Source: Rhodosorus marinus CCMP1338 (Eukaryota; Plantae; Rhodophyta). From it: a stretch of 64,000 nucleotides of DNA. This document shows positions 12,683-24,009 of this stretch, in pieces (the first letter of the stretch is position 1; every line of letters starts with the position of its first letter). Where the stretch lies: contig JAMWBK010000003.1 in the NCBI GenBank assembly GCA_029953675.1, forward strand, positions 2,232,001 through 2,296,000, written 5' to 3'. The translations under genes and the position numbers were made by a program. Below the pieces are notes generated by a model that was given only the letters and a program-made list of their open reading frames with translations, searched no databases and had not been told where the DNA came from.

Positions 12683-15515
12683 GGCCCGGCCCGCCCCTCT
12701 ACAAGCGACACAAAAAAAATCACAAACGACTCTCCAAACCCCTTTTCAATTCCTTGGCGCACACCAAACACTCCTCCTTCAACCAACCAAACCAAATCAC
12801 CTATCCCCACCGATTCCCATAAATACCCAAACCACCAGCGACCTCTCCCCCCTTCCTACCCAAGTCCGCTCTCGATGGCCTCTTCTAATACATCGAGCCG
12901 TTTCAACCCCAACAAATCCCCCTCATGACAAAGACCTCGCTCCACGCCACCCCTCAAAATATACTTCCACGCATCCCCATTCAAATATTTTACTATTAAT
13001 CTCGTCGATTCTGATGCTCTTACTGATTTTCTTCCACACCGTCCCTTTTCCCCCACTTGTAAATACCCTGCCCGACTTCCTTTCCTCCAGAGAGCATCTA
13101 ATTTTCCAAGTGTTTCTAACCGGGGCCATTTGATCGCCCAAATTGGCAAATGTTTCTGGAACATTTGGCTGAGCAACAAGATTTTAATCCCCCCCCCCCT
13201 TTAGTACATCGAGTTTCGAAGTCGAGTGCTGTTCAATAATTTTCGTATTTAGAAGTATCTCATGAATCATGGAATAAGAGAATGGGGGTACGTATTTCTC
13301 TGAACGTAAATATCCGCCATTTCTTTTTCCCCTTCTCAATAGCCTTGATTTCAGTACACAGCTTGAAATTTATTTTCCCTTTTGGACATGGGGGGCATCA
13401 TGTAAATCAGTATACGAATTTTTTTCAGTGGAAGGAAAAAAATTAGATTTAGCTGCTTCCAGAACCCTATGGAAATGAGACATGCTGAATTCATATCTAA
13501 TTCGCCCGATTTGGATGATTGTCCAAAATTTCTTTTTTCGGTTAGCCTTTTAGATCCAAGTCTGGTGGGTAGGGGTATAGGGTATCAGGTATTTTTCGAC
13601 GGAGCTGACAGCGCTGATACAGGGGGGGGCGAGGACGGGCTCTCCTCATCACTACACATAAAATACTGAATATTAGGGGCGAACATGTTCTCCAACCCCC
13701 GGAGAAATATGTTCTTCGTTCTTCCATCGCCGCTCACCCCCTGATTATCTAAATTCTGTTTCCATTCCTAAGTACTCCGCTTTGCTCGCTTCGAATCCAA
13801 GCGCCTCGTTTAGAAAAAATATTTTTGAGGGATTACCACCTTATTTTATAATACGCCCAATGCATCATGTACTGACGCGTTTTTACATTCAGACAGGCCA
13901 AGGTTGGCCCAGGCATCAAGCGGAACAGGAAACAAATTAAAACAATACTATTTGACCTGTTATTGTAATGCTCCCGTTCTGCATTTCATTTCGTGAAAGG
14001 TTAGATCGACCCCCCAAAAAAATCCACCAAGGAATGCAGAAGTTTTCTTTTTTTGTTATTTATTTTGATGGGCAGGCTGTTGGTATGTAACCTGGGAGGC
14101 GGTTGTTTGGAACTGATGTGGATGCCCTCGTTTCGGGTTTGAGTTAGTTTTGGCAGAGATACGTTGTCAATCAACGAAAATAGACTGTTTCGGGTCGGTT
14201 TTTGGCAACTCTTGTGTTGTTGCTTTTTTTGTTTGGGAGGCTTTCCCTTTGGAGAAGATTTTTTTTCTTACGCTTGGTAATGAGGTGCGATTTCGCGCTT
14301 TCTGACCTGCTATGTAAAGGTATTTGTAGATTCAAATAGAATTAGGGAAAACCCCAATAGGTTTTTTCCGAGTGCATTCGGCTTGCTTGCACTGCCATGA
14401 CCTTTGGTTTCGTGGAGATTTCCTACCGCGCCCCTCTCGACTTCTGTTGGAGTCGGGGAACGGAAGTTAAGTGGAACGGATTCCGCTATTGGTCAGAAGC
14501 AACAGCTAGGAGCGAAGACAATCGTTTTCCCGGAGATATTTTTTGATTTCCTGGGGTCGCCAGGGCTTCTAATCCGAAAGGGAAAACCCTCTCGATTTGA
14601 AAGTATCCTATACAAAGAATCTAGATTGGGAACGTGATTGTCTGTGAAAACCCTCGTATCTTTCTGTCGAGAACTATGAGTGTCCAAGCGGGGCATCGTC
14701 AGCGTACGAAATCTGAAAACCTTCCCAATCTTAGATGCGAAATTGTTTAAGCATCCCACTTTCATTTCAAAGCGATAATTGCAGTATGAAAATGCATGGG
14801 AAAAAAATATATTGCTCGTTAAACCCGTGGGGTGGGGGTAGGGATATTTATGACCATCCTTCCTTCGCGTCTCGCAGAGGCGGGTGAAGCGCTCAAACCC
14901 TGGCATCTAGATACGATAGATACGACGGTGCTTGTGCGCATCTCCCAGGTATGATGGTGCACTAAAACATAATCGTTCATCAGATAGTTCGTTCGGGAAG
15001 GACGATACGCAACGTGGGAGCGGTAAAAATCCGCGAATCTATCCAACACTTAATGCAAAGCCCTAGCCGCGGGGAAGGCCTAGTGCGCATCTTTCATGGC
15101 CATGTTCCCGTCCGCCGCCGTTCTCATGTAGAAAATCTGTTCGGTTGTGAGCCGCTGAATTTGCACAATGAAAACCGCTCCTCAAACCTCAAGTACTTGT
15201 TCGCAAGGGCCAGATTTTGAAAATCGGATACCACCACATCACCGGCGTCAACATGGGATTTTCGGCAACAGGGTCTACAAGTTTGCCGAGTAGTCACCCA
15301 TCACGTCGTGCAGTTTTGTCTCTTGCTCAAACACACACTTCAGAGTTTGTATGCCTGTGCATTTCAACACCCAATCTTGACGCTCTTTGAGACAGACGAA
15401 CTCCAACATGTCCTCTCACCATAGGATGAAGCGCGCGAGAAATCTACTCAACCACGAAACCATAGTATATGATTGATAGGTCTGCACTGCCGATTCCCAT
15501 TCCAAGAAGAGGAAT

Positions 15516-15556
15516 TCTAAAACTCAAGATCGTCCTGTGTACCCCTACTCAACAAA
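15516..15556 (-). repeat. Inverted copy of 18004-18042 (5' leader of the SLC35B gene)
   Basis: Reverse complement TTTGTTGAGTAGGGGTACACAGGACGATCTTGAGTTTTAGA versus TTTGTTGAGTAGGGGTACAGGACGATCTTGCGTTTTAGA: one 2-nt indel and one mismatch. Confidence 0.9.
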
Positions 15557-15558
15557 GC

Positions 15559-15741
15559 GACCAGATCACGAAGCAAAAGCCTTTAAGCGTCTGCCCTTGC
15601 ATCGGGTCACCCTTGGCGGAAAATCGCGCCCGAGAGAGCATCCTTGCGCAAATTGCGTCTAGTTTCGCAGCTTCTGCAAAGAGCGCGTGCCAACGCGTTC
15701 CAGGTAGTCATGAACTAGGATCACAGTACATAGCTATTTTT
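15559..15741 (+). repeat. Diverged dispersed repeat, paralog of 19942-20136
   Basis: Shared exact blocks GACCAGATCACGAA, AGTCATGAACTAGG and CAGTACATAGCT, colinear and in the same orientation. Confidence 0.85.
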
Positions 15742-15948
15742 GCAGAGGGCTTCATGCCGATAGCCCTCGAAACATAGGGACGGCTTGCCGCTGAGCAGGA
15801 TACAGACGTTCGCCGCCTCCCTCGGCATATGGACTCGTAGCCCTTTTACAGAGGAGTTCATCCCGATAGCCCTCGAAACATAGGGACGACTTGCAGCTGA
15901 GCGGGATGGCAGACCCTCGACGCCCCCCTTGTATATAGACTCGGAGCT
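15737..15948. repeat. Two-copy tandem duplication, 106-bp unit
   Basis: 26-nt exact core CCGATAGCCCTCGAAACATAGGGACG at 15757 and 15863; flanks align with substitutions. Confidence 0.9.
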
Positions 15949-18055
15949 CATGGTCTTGGAGAAAGCCCTTGCCGCGATGAACCGCCCGCTGAGGAGATGT
16001 ACCTCTTGGGTGCACATCGTAGTTGTGACAGTGCAAGTAGTTTGGGAATTGGCATCTAGGTAACCTCAAGAAGATGTCCGGCTTCGCAACATTTTCGAGA
16101 ACTTGCATAGATCATGGCCCCGCGTCGTGTCGATATATAACTTGGTCGTTTGCACAAGCACTAGCTGGGCGGCGGACATCCCCCCACCCGATATTAACTA
16201 AGAGCTTTGCGACTCTTTTACGGTTCTAAATCGTAAGTTAGCGGAGCTGGCATACTTGACTGTTCAAAAGGAGCAAAACAGCTTCTACTAGCGCCTTGCT
16301 TTACTCATATCATAGTTCGTGCACATTTGTCTCCGACGAGCAAATACTATCTGTCCCGTGACAAGACAGCTAGAGCAGAAAAATCCTAATATCTACTTGC
16401 TTGACCACGCAGAAGGTGTGTTGGGGGAACCAAACAACATACCTGATATTTTTATCTAATATTCTATAGTAGTTACGCTACCCCGCCCCTATCCTATAAC
16501 AACGTGAAATTGAACATCCAGCAAATTGAATTTTTTCGCCGAAAGGCCACCAGGCATCAACCGCAGCAAAAACCCTTCAATAGAACTCTGCCAATCTGTC
16601 CTTCTTGAACGAGTTTTTGACCCCCTTCTCAATTTGGTATGCTGAGCAGTAGATAGTGAAAATAATTAATGTTAGATGAACTCATCAACTGGGATTAGAA
16701 TCACTCTAGGGGTTGAAGCCCGTGCTCAAATGCGCATGGACACAAGCGGAAGAGGCAATTTGCAGGGGGTAAAACTTCTATTTCGTTCTGGACACGTGAA
16801 TGAGTCCCAAATTGGGTTCACTTCAACGCAGCGGGGGTTGGAAGTGTCCAAACTACCTAGAAAATGGTCTAGTACCGCACGCTAGAGCGTATTTCAGGAT
16901 GGACGTCCAATTCCACCCCTTTACAATGTGAACTGGACCAGACAACGCACGGATTGAGAACCAGGAGCCAAGCGGTATTATTTATAAACGTTAAGCAGAC
17001 ATTAAAATATTTTGATTTTAGAGTTGAATTACAGTTTATACTATATATCGTATCTGTAAGTACTGTATACGCCTCCTCTCAATTTTTGGTAAAAATGTGA
17101 ACAAGTATTATTGTGTGATGCACATGCCATCAAAACACAAATTGTCAAGCAGTGAAGTTCTGCGGGTGCTCTAGGAAGAACCAAACATAATTATTAAGAA
17201 TATTGAGAAGAAATGTTTCGGACACATCATAGAAATAGTTTGTAGGGGGGGGGGAAATGAGTTAGGTCATTTGCTTTGTGCCGTCACAAATCAGCAGTAA
17301 ATTTAGATGAAAAGTTGGACCCTTCAAACTGGGTAAAAAACAAGGATTTTGCCGTGGTGGCCGCCAAGCTGTCCATTTCCTGAGCATAAAATTTATTCGA
17401 AAGCCGAATTTACCTGACAATTGTAAGAACGAGGATTTTCTTATATGATATTTGACCTGACCTGTCTACCGTTCCTCGTCTTCATTTTTTTGAACAGTTT
17501 TGGTCGTTTGTCGCATATGGTCGTTTCGTGTCTTTGTTCAGGATGTGTCCTGGGGGATTGTTTAAAAATTTCGTAAGGGGTAAATGGATATCCCTCCTGA
17601 CGATTAAGTCCTTGTTTTGTTGTCGTTTTAAAGGATTCGGGGTCGGATTGGTTAGTCTGTCCCAATGGGTTAGAAGCTGTTGAAATTTTGTGGTCTAGGG
17701 TTGGGGGTGGGGGTTGGCAGCTGCACGTCTTGGCGAGGCTGGGCTTTAAAGCAGGAAGTGTGGAAGTGGGGAAGACCTTATGGATGGTGTATATGTATTT
17801 GATCAGGCTGGTACCTTCGATCTGTTTGGGGAAGGCTGTTTTGCGGGTTGGTTTGGTATGAGAGATTCAGCTATTATTTAGAGCTGGTTTCTATATTTTC
17901 AGTGAACGTCCTTTTTGGGGGAGGAGGGTTTGTTGGGAAACGTTTTCAGACGTTTTGTGGAGGAGTACTGAAAGTGTTTCTGGCTAGTGGGTTGGTAGGT
18001 GGGTTTGTTGAGTAGGGGTACAGGACGATCTTGCGTTTTAGAGTTTGGAATAGTC

Positions 18056-19303
18056 ATGGTTGCGACGACGAACAATTCTACGTTTGTGCTGGAGACTGAC
18101 GAAAAGGCTGATCAGGAAAATGGGGAAACCCCAATCCAGCCTGTGGCTGAGGTACAGAGCGAAGAAGCGACTGGAGCTGCGGGTAAGCGTCACAAGTCTG
18201 TATAGTCAGAGGCAGCCTGGCGATGGTGGTGACATCATCGGATGCGCTATCCGGCACAGCACTGCTCAGTGCTCATTCGATTCTATGCTACCTGCTCTGA
18301 CAGTTGATTTCGTTTGTATTGGACCTATACAGCGTTTTTGAAGTATCTGCCTTCCGGTAAACTGATGGTGTGCACGTTTGGCATTATCGGATCTCTCCTT
18401 CTCTATGCATATTTGCAAGAGAAAATTATTACGAAGCCGTACGAGGCGAACGTTCCGGAGGGTGAAGACCCGAAGGACTACATGTTCAAGAATGCTATGT
18501 TTCTGGTCCTGAACAACAGATTTGCGGCCGCACTCGTCGCAGCTCTGGTGATTTGCGCGAGGCGTGAGTTTCCGCAGCTCATCAATGCTGCTCCTCTGTA
18601 CAAGTACTTCATGATTTCCGTTTCCAATGTGCTCGCAACTGCTTGCCAGTACGAGGCTCTGAAGTGGGTTACTCTGCCGACCCAAACCCTCGCAAAATGC
18701 GCGAAGATGATTCCCGTCATGATATGGGGAACGCTTATTGACAGGAAGACCTACGGTTTGAGCGACTATGCGGTTGCTGTTACTGTTGCCCTCGGCTGCA
18801 CAGTCTTCACGGTGTCCGGCAACATTTCAGCGAAACACTCCAACCCCGAGGATTCTTGGTACGGCTTGGTTCTCATGCTGGGATACCTCGGCTTTGATGG
18901 ATTTACCTCGACCTTCCAGGAGAAGCTTTTCACTGGTTACCAAATGTCAATCTACAACCAAATGCTGTACGTGAACCTGTGCTCGGGTTTGATGTCATTG
19001 GCTTTCCTCGTTTTCGGAGGCCAGCTCTTCGAGTCGATTGCTTTCGCGTTCAAGTATCCCCAGCTGATGATTGACGCAACGGTGCTGTCGTTCTCCGCTG
19101 TGACGGGCCAGTTCTCGATTACTTACACAATCAAGAACTTTGGAGCCCTTGTATATGCTACGATTATGACGATCCGCCAGTTCCTGGCCGTCTTCGTGTC
19201 CAACATTGTTTACGGACATGCGATGACTGCGATGCAGTGGTTAGGCGCGGTGACTGTCTTCGGCGCGCTCTTGTACAAGAGTTACTCAAAGGCCAGAAAT
19301 TGA
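18056..19303 (+). CDS. UAA-family nucleotide-sugar / PAPS transporter (SLC35B/UTR-like)
   Basis: YAYLQEKI, CQYEALKWV..PTQTLAKCAKMIPVM.WG, DGFTSTFQEKLF, GQFSITYTIKNFGAL..ATIMTIRQ. Exon 1 (18056-18182) is spliced to ~18332. Confidence 0.9.
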
Positions 19304-19941
19304 AGTTCTGCCGACCCTGTTTCTTCTTTGATTGCAAAAGTTTTAACATGACAAATGATTTGTAGCGTTCTCGATCTTTTCATAAGTCGTAGCTCTTTTG
19401 AAAGGAGGGGAGGAGAGAAGGAAGATGCCGACATGAAATAAAGCTTGTTCCCTCTAAAGCGTGCCCTGTTGAAATCTTGTGCACCTGTTCGGACTAAACT
19501 TTTAACAGAATATCTCGCTCCAGTTGACTTCAACCAGAGCGACAGCGGTTCGCTTTGGAGCAGGTCTAGTGATATCAGCTCAATATAAACTCATAGAGTA
19601 CCGCTTACAGGAAAGACGGGCCCCAAGGCAGACAATAATTTTGAGTGCTTGAGCTCCCCAACAGCTCCAAATGTAAACTGTCGCATAGTGCTCGGATCCT
19701 CACGAGGTCGTTGACCAGGCTTCAGCGACTTTGCCGCGGTGCTGCCCAATGAGTATTAAGGACAAATGGACAGCGAGGTTGAGAAGCTCTTGCAGAAATT
19801 CTCCTAGCGGCCATCGACTTCGGTGAGATAGCAGCACATCGACCCTGAAGGAGGGCTGAAGTGGACTCTTTGACCGAATCCAGCGTTTCCCTAGTCAAAA
19901 TATGTTACGCAGAGGTTTTGACCTCAAACGACTTGAAAATT

Positions 19942-20136
19942 GACCAGATCACGAAACCCAAAGCTTTTGCTCAACCGTAAGCGCTTCTGCCCTACATTGG
20001 GTCACCTCTGCAGGAATCGCGACATGAAGAGCAGCCTTGCGCTAATCGTGTCTAGCTTCACTGTTTCAACAAACAGCGCGCTCTGACGTGCTCCAGAGCA
20101 CAGTCATGAACTAGGGTCGCAGTACATAGCTCTTTT
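19942..20136 (+). repeat. Second copy of the dispersed repeat at 15559-15741
   Basis: Same colinear exact blocks as 15559-15741. Confidence 0.85.
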
Positions 20137-21175
20137 GGCTCTGTCTCCTAATTCGTATCGGTGTGCGTACAGAAGCCTGTTGTCTGACAATCTGACCATG
20201 CCGCGTTGGATGCAAACCCCACTCAGGGGTAACGATCGAAATACCTCGTACAATATTCAATCAATAAAACACAACTCAGTCATAAATACGTGTAATAAAA
20301 ATGAAAATACGCTGCGCAGTCATTTTCTAGATAGATCTAGTCGATTTCATCTATTATAGAATCGAATCGCTCACGACCCAGGCTAAGGCTTTCGACATAA
20401 TTCCAACTGACATGACATACCCTACCTGTACAAGCGTCGTGGTAAGTCACGTTTTCATTCGAATTAAATACAAAAAACAAATATTGTATGGTATCTGACA
20501 TTAAAAACCATAGGGGTTAAGCATTAGTTGGCTTTGATAGGGTGAACTTCTTAATCGATGATGGAAGGGGGGTAATTGTATGCAACACAGATTTTTGTAT
20601 TACTTTAATTTTGGAAAGATTCTCGGGGAATTTTGATTGAAAACCTGTTTTCAATCAGCTTAGCCCGATGTTAGAGTGGTTCGCGTATGGAAGATCGGGA
20701 GAGGTTTTGCCTTTCATTCTTCTCTTGAGACAGTGTGAGGGGGTAGGGGGGCAAGGGGGACTATCCTTCGAACTCGTTCACCAATCCATTCAGATCTATA
20801 CGAGTATGCCAGACCTATCAGTCATCGATAACCCGCGTGCATGAAAAACACAAAAAGAACCATGAGGAAGAAGAGGAAAGGGACGGCGGTTTCTCTTAAG
20901 CGTTACCGATCCCGCTGTAGTCATGAAACCCTCCCAGTCTGGATAGGCCATGGATGAGTGAGATCTTTCACCATCAGTCGGTGGAACCTCTACTGGTTTT
21001 GCTATTGTCCTCCTGTATTCACGTACTGGAAAAACAACCGGATCCGTCCATACAATCATCTGTCCCACCAGATTGCTGTGCACAGTGAGCTTTTCATGTC
21101 ACGCGAAAAGCGTTTCGCATCATTCCAACGTTTTTACTCTCATTCGAGCGTTTCCTGTCAGCCTCGTTGAAGGAG

Positions 21176-21184
21176 TATATAAAA
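21176..21184 (+). promoter_or_regulatory. Candidate TATA box for SAR1
   Basis: TATATAAAA immediately before the G-rich leader of SAR1. Confidence 0.4.
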
Positions 21185-21518
21185 GCGCGCGTTGGAGAAA
21201 GGGGGGAGAGAGGGGAGCTTGGGAAGGAGGGGGTCCGTTTAACGGTTTGGAGACGGACGTGAGAAGGGGACAGAAATCTGTAAGGTCTGTGTCTGTGGGG
21301 TTTTTGATAAAAAGTTCCTAGATATTCAGCAGTAATCGCGTTTCTGGGTGCGAGGGGGAGCGAGGGAACGGTTGGGTTTCTCTCAAGGCTCGCTTGTGGT
21401 TTTGGGTTGGATAGGATTTAAGCTTCTCTCGTGCGGTTTTTGTTTTTTTGATAGCCTGGGATATCGGTTTTGGGAACCTGCCTGTTTTTTTTTGTTGCTG
21501 GGAAAGTATTAGATCGCC

Positions 21519-22313
21519 ATGTTTGAGTGGTTCTGGAACATTTTATCCTCTCTTGGTAAGGAACCGGATCGTGCAGCCCTTTATCTTGTTGACTTTTTTT
21601 GGTCGTTTTCTTGAGTATTGAGTGACTCCGTGGGGGCTTCAATGCGTATTTTGCTATCCCTGCCGATGCTGATTTGCTTGTGGCTTGGTTCTGGATTGAA
21701 GGATTGTATTACAAGAACGCGAAAATCTTGTTTTTGGGGTTGGACAATGCCGGGAAGACGACGTTGATGCATATTTTGCGGGATGATAGGCTTGTTCAGG
21801 CTACACCCACTCAGCAGCCGACAGCGGAGGAGGTTATCATTGGAAGTGTTCGGTTCCGTGCCTTCGATTTAGGGGGTCACGCGGCTGCACGACAAGTCTG
21901 GAGAAATTACTACACAACCGTCGATGCCGTCGTCTTCTTGGTAGATTCGTGCGATCGGGAACGCTTCACAGAAGCTCGCCAGGAACTCGGGGTAGGCAAA
22001 GTGGATTTATCAATGTGGATACTATGGCTATAATGAATTCTTAAATTTCTGCTTTTCATTGTTCTGGCACAATTAGCAATTGCTCGATGATACGAACCTC
22101 GCGGACGTGCCGTTCCTCGTGCTCGGGAACAAGATTGATTTAGCAGGGGCCGCATCAGAGGACGAGTTGCGGCAGATATTGGGTCTCCAGATGACTACTG
22201 GAAAAGGGACAGTTGCTGTACAAGATGTTAGACCCCTTGAGATATTCATGTGCAGTCTTGTACGAAAAATTGGGTATGGAGATGGTTTCCGGTGGGTTTC
22301 CCAGTACATCTGA
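21519..22313 (+). CDS. SAR1: SAR1 small GTPase (COPII)
   Basis: [13 protein letters not shown] amphipathic helix, [41 protein letters not shown]. Two introns. Confidence 0.97.
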
Positions 22314-22815
22314 AGGTCCCTGGGATCTGATAGGGAGAGAAATGGTGAGTGAAGACAGAGAAAAAGAAGACTCGGCTTTTCTTGTGTATTCCAGCAGCAG
22401 TGTCTCTTTCGGTCGTTACAGTTTTGCATTAAAAGATCAAGAACCCTTGAAAATCTAGCAAGCTAGTTTTCGTTTACCTCAAGCAGACTACCGGCGACCA
22501 AACAAGCGAAACAAGGCAAGCCCATTCTACCTCCCACTCCCGAGGCACCCGAAGTTCAAGCGCGCACCCAAGAACACCGATCATTGATCAGCTAGTCCAC
22601 ATTGGTCCGGCGAACACTCCGGCCGGATTGCATGACAACCCGTGAGAGTTGATAGTACCGAAAGCACCTCAAGTTTGAACCAAATGGACCAAGTCTTGAT
22701 TGAGTACAGATAGCAAGAGTCCTTGGCGCGAGTGGATGACAACGTTTGTCAATGGGTGAGACGACCCAGTTTGTGGGATCACGGAAGTTTGAAGCTACAA
22801 TGAAGTAGCTTTGTA

Positions 22816-23355
22816 ATGAGTGAAAGGCGATCAGGCGCGGCTGAATCGGAGCTGAACGATTCGTTGCAGCCAGCTGCAGAATCGAAGCCGAAGGGGAGGA
22901 ACAAGAGCAAGACACATCGGGATGGGAGGGTCTTTCGGGAGGGACGCAATTACAAGTGGGCCGAGACAGATAAGGTTCGTCGTGAACCCGCAAATAGATC
23001 AATGAGGGAATCTTCGCAGAAGTGGGAACCTCGCCGGGAACCCATTCTCGATCAGGTTGCTGATTTGCTCTTCGAACACTTGGACAAGAACTTTCCTGGC
23101 TGGAAAGAAACGGAATCGTGCCATGAAATCGAGCAAGGGCACGACAATGTGACCCGACTGTTCTCAGAAAGCCCGGCTGGAATTCTACGCACGGGGGAAC
23201 AGATAGCCCTAGCCCAAGACCGTATTCTTGCACATGTTGCTAACGATAGCAGCAGCAGCGGCAGCGAGGACAGCGACGGGCGTCTTCAGGACCTCAACTC
23301 CGTAGTCGTCCGGATGGATCCTTCGAGTCTAATCAGAAAAGGAAACGAGACTTGA
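22816..23355 (+). CDS. Hypothetical hydrophilic, probably nuclear protein (179 aa)
   Basis: Single ATG ORF, charged and Ser-rich, with one helical core (ILDQVADLLFEHLDKNF). No family recognised. Confidence 0.55.
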   Translation: MSERRSGAAESELNDSLQPAAESKPKGRNKSKTHRDGRVFREGRNYKWAETDKVRREPANRSMRESSQKWEPRREPILDQVADLLFEHLDKNFPGWKETESCHEIEQGHDNVTRLFSESPAGILRTGEQIALAQDRILAHVANDSSSSGSEDSDGRLQDLNSVVVRMDPSSLIRKGNET

Positions 23356-24009
23356 TCTGACACTGGCAAATGGTTGTACTCGAATCTCCGTGGAGGTAGT
23401 CTAGAGCTGCCAAGAATATGTAACAAACTTTGATCAGCCGCATCCATCGTGAGCGACAGAATGTTATTCGCATATTCTGTCGTTCACGATGGACAGAATA
23501 TTATTTCTGGCAAGGGCGAGGCAGCTGCTATGTAGACATACACTAGCCTAATCCGAGCGGGATCCACGATCGTCGGAAGTCCGAGACCCCGAGCGAAGAA
23601 GTCCGCAGCTGCTTTCTCGAAGCCAGCCATGCGCTAAAAGGGAACAAGCGCATCGCTGCGACACGGAGGCAAAGTTAAGAGAAAACCGGTTCGTGATGCG
23701 ACGAGCGGGGGGAGGGAGGGGGGGGGTTTAGGGGCGGTCAAGTCGACCAAACGTCGGGAGGTGGGTAATCTGCTTTGATCCGTAAGCGGAAGTCAGATGC
23801 GCCACCAGCGTGCGTACATGGGACTTGATCTTGATGACGAGAGAGAGTTTGCTTTTTCGCTCAGTCCTATTGATATTTAACCTTTCTCTTATGTACACTT
23901 GGTTAAACACTAAGCAGATGAACAGCCGACCAAAAATAAAACCCACACGTGTCACATACACTGTTGGCTTCTTTTCAGTGCTGTTTGCTTAACAACTCGT
24001 CCCCTAGAA

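Noticed and set aside
15700-15740. Shared TGA read as selenocysteine, or YCDPSS read as an IS30/copia motif
   Set aside because: No SECIS-like hairpin was seen, other stops and frameshifts are present, and the remaining transposase/RT motifs are absent.
15839-15856. CCTTTTAC resembling U5 snRNA loop I
   Set aside because: No flanking stem or Sm site, and it lies inside the 106-bp duplication.
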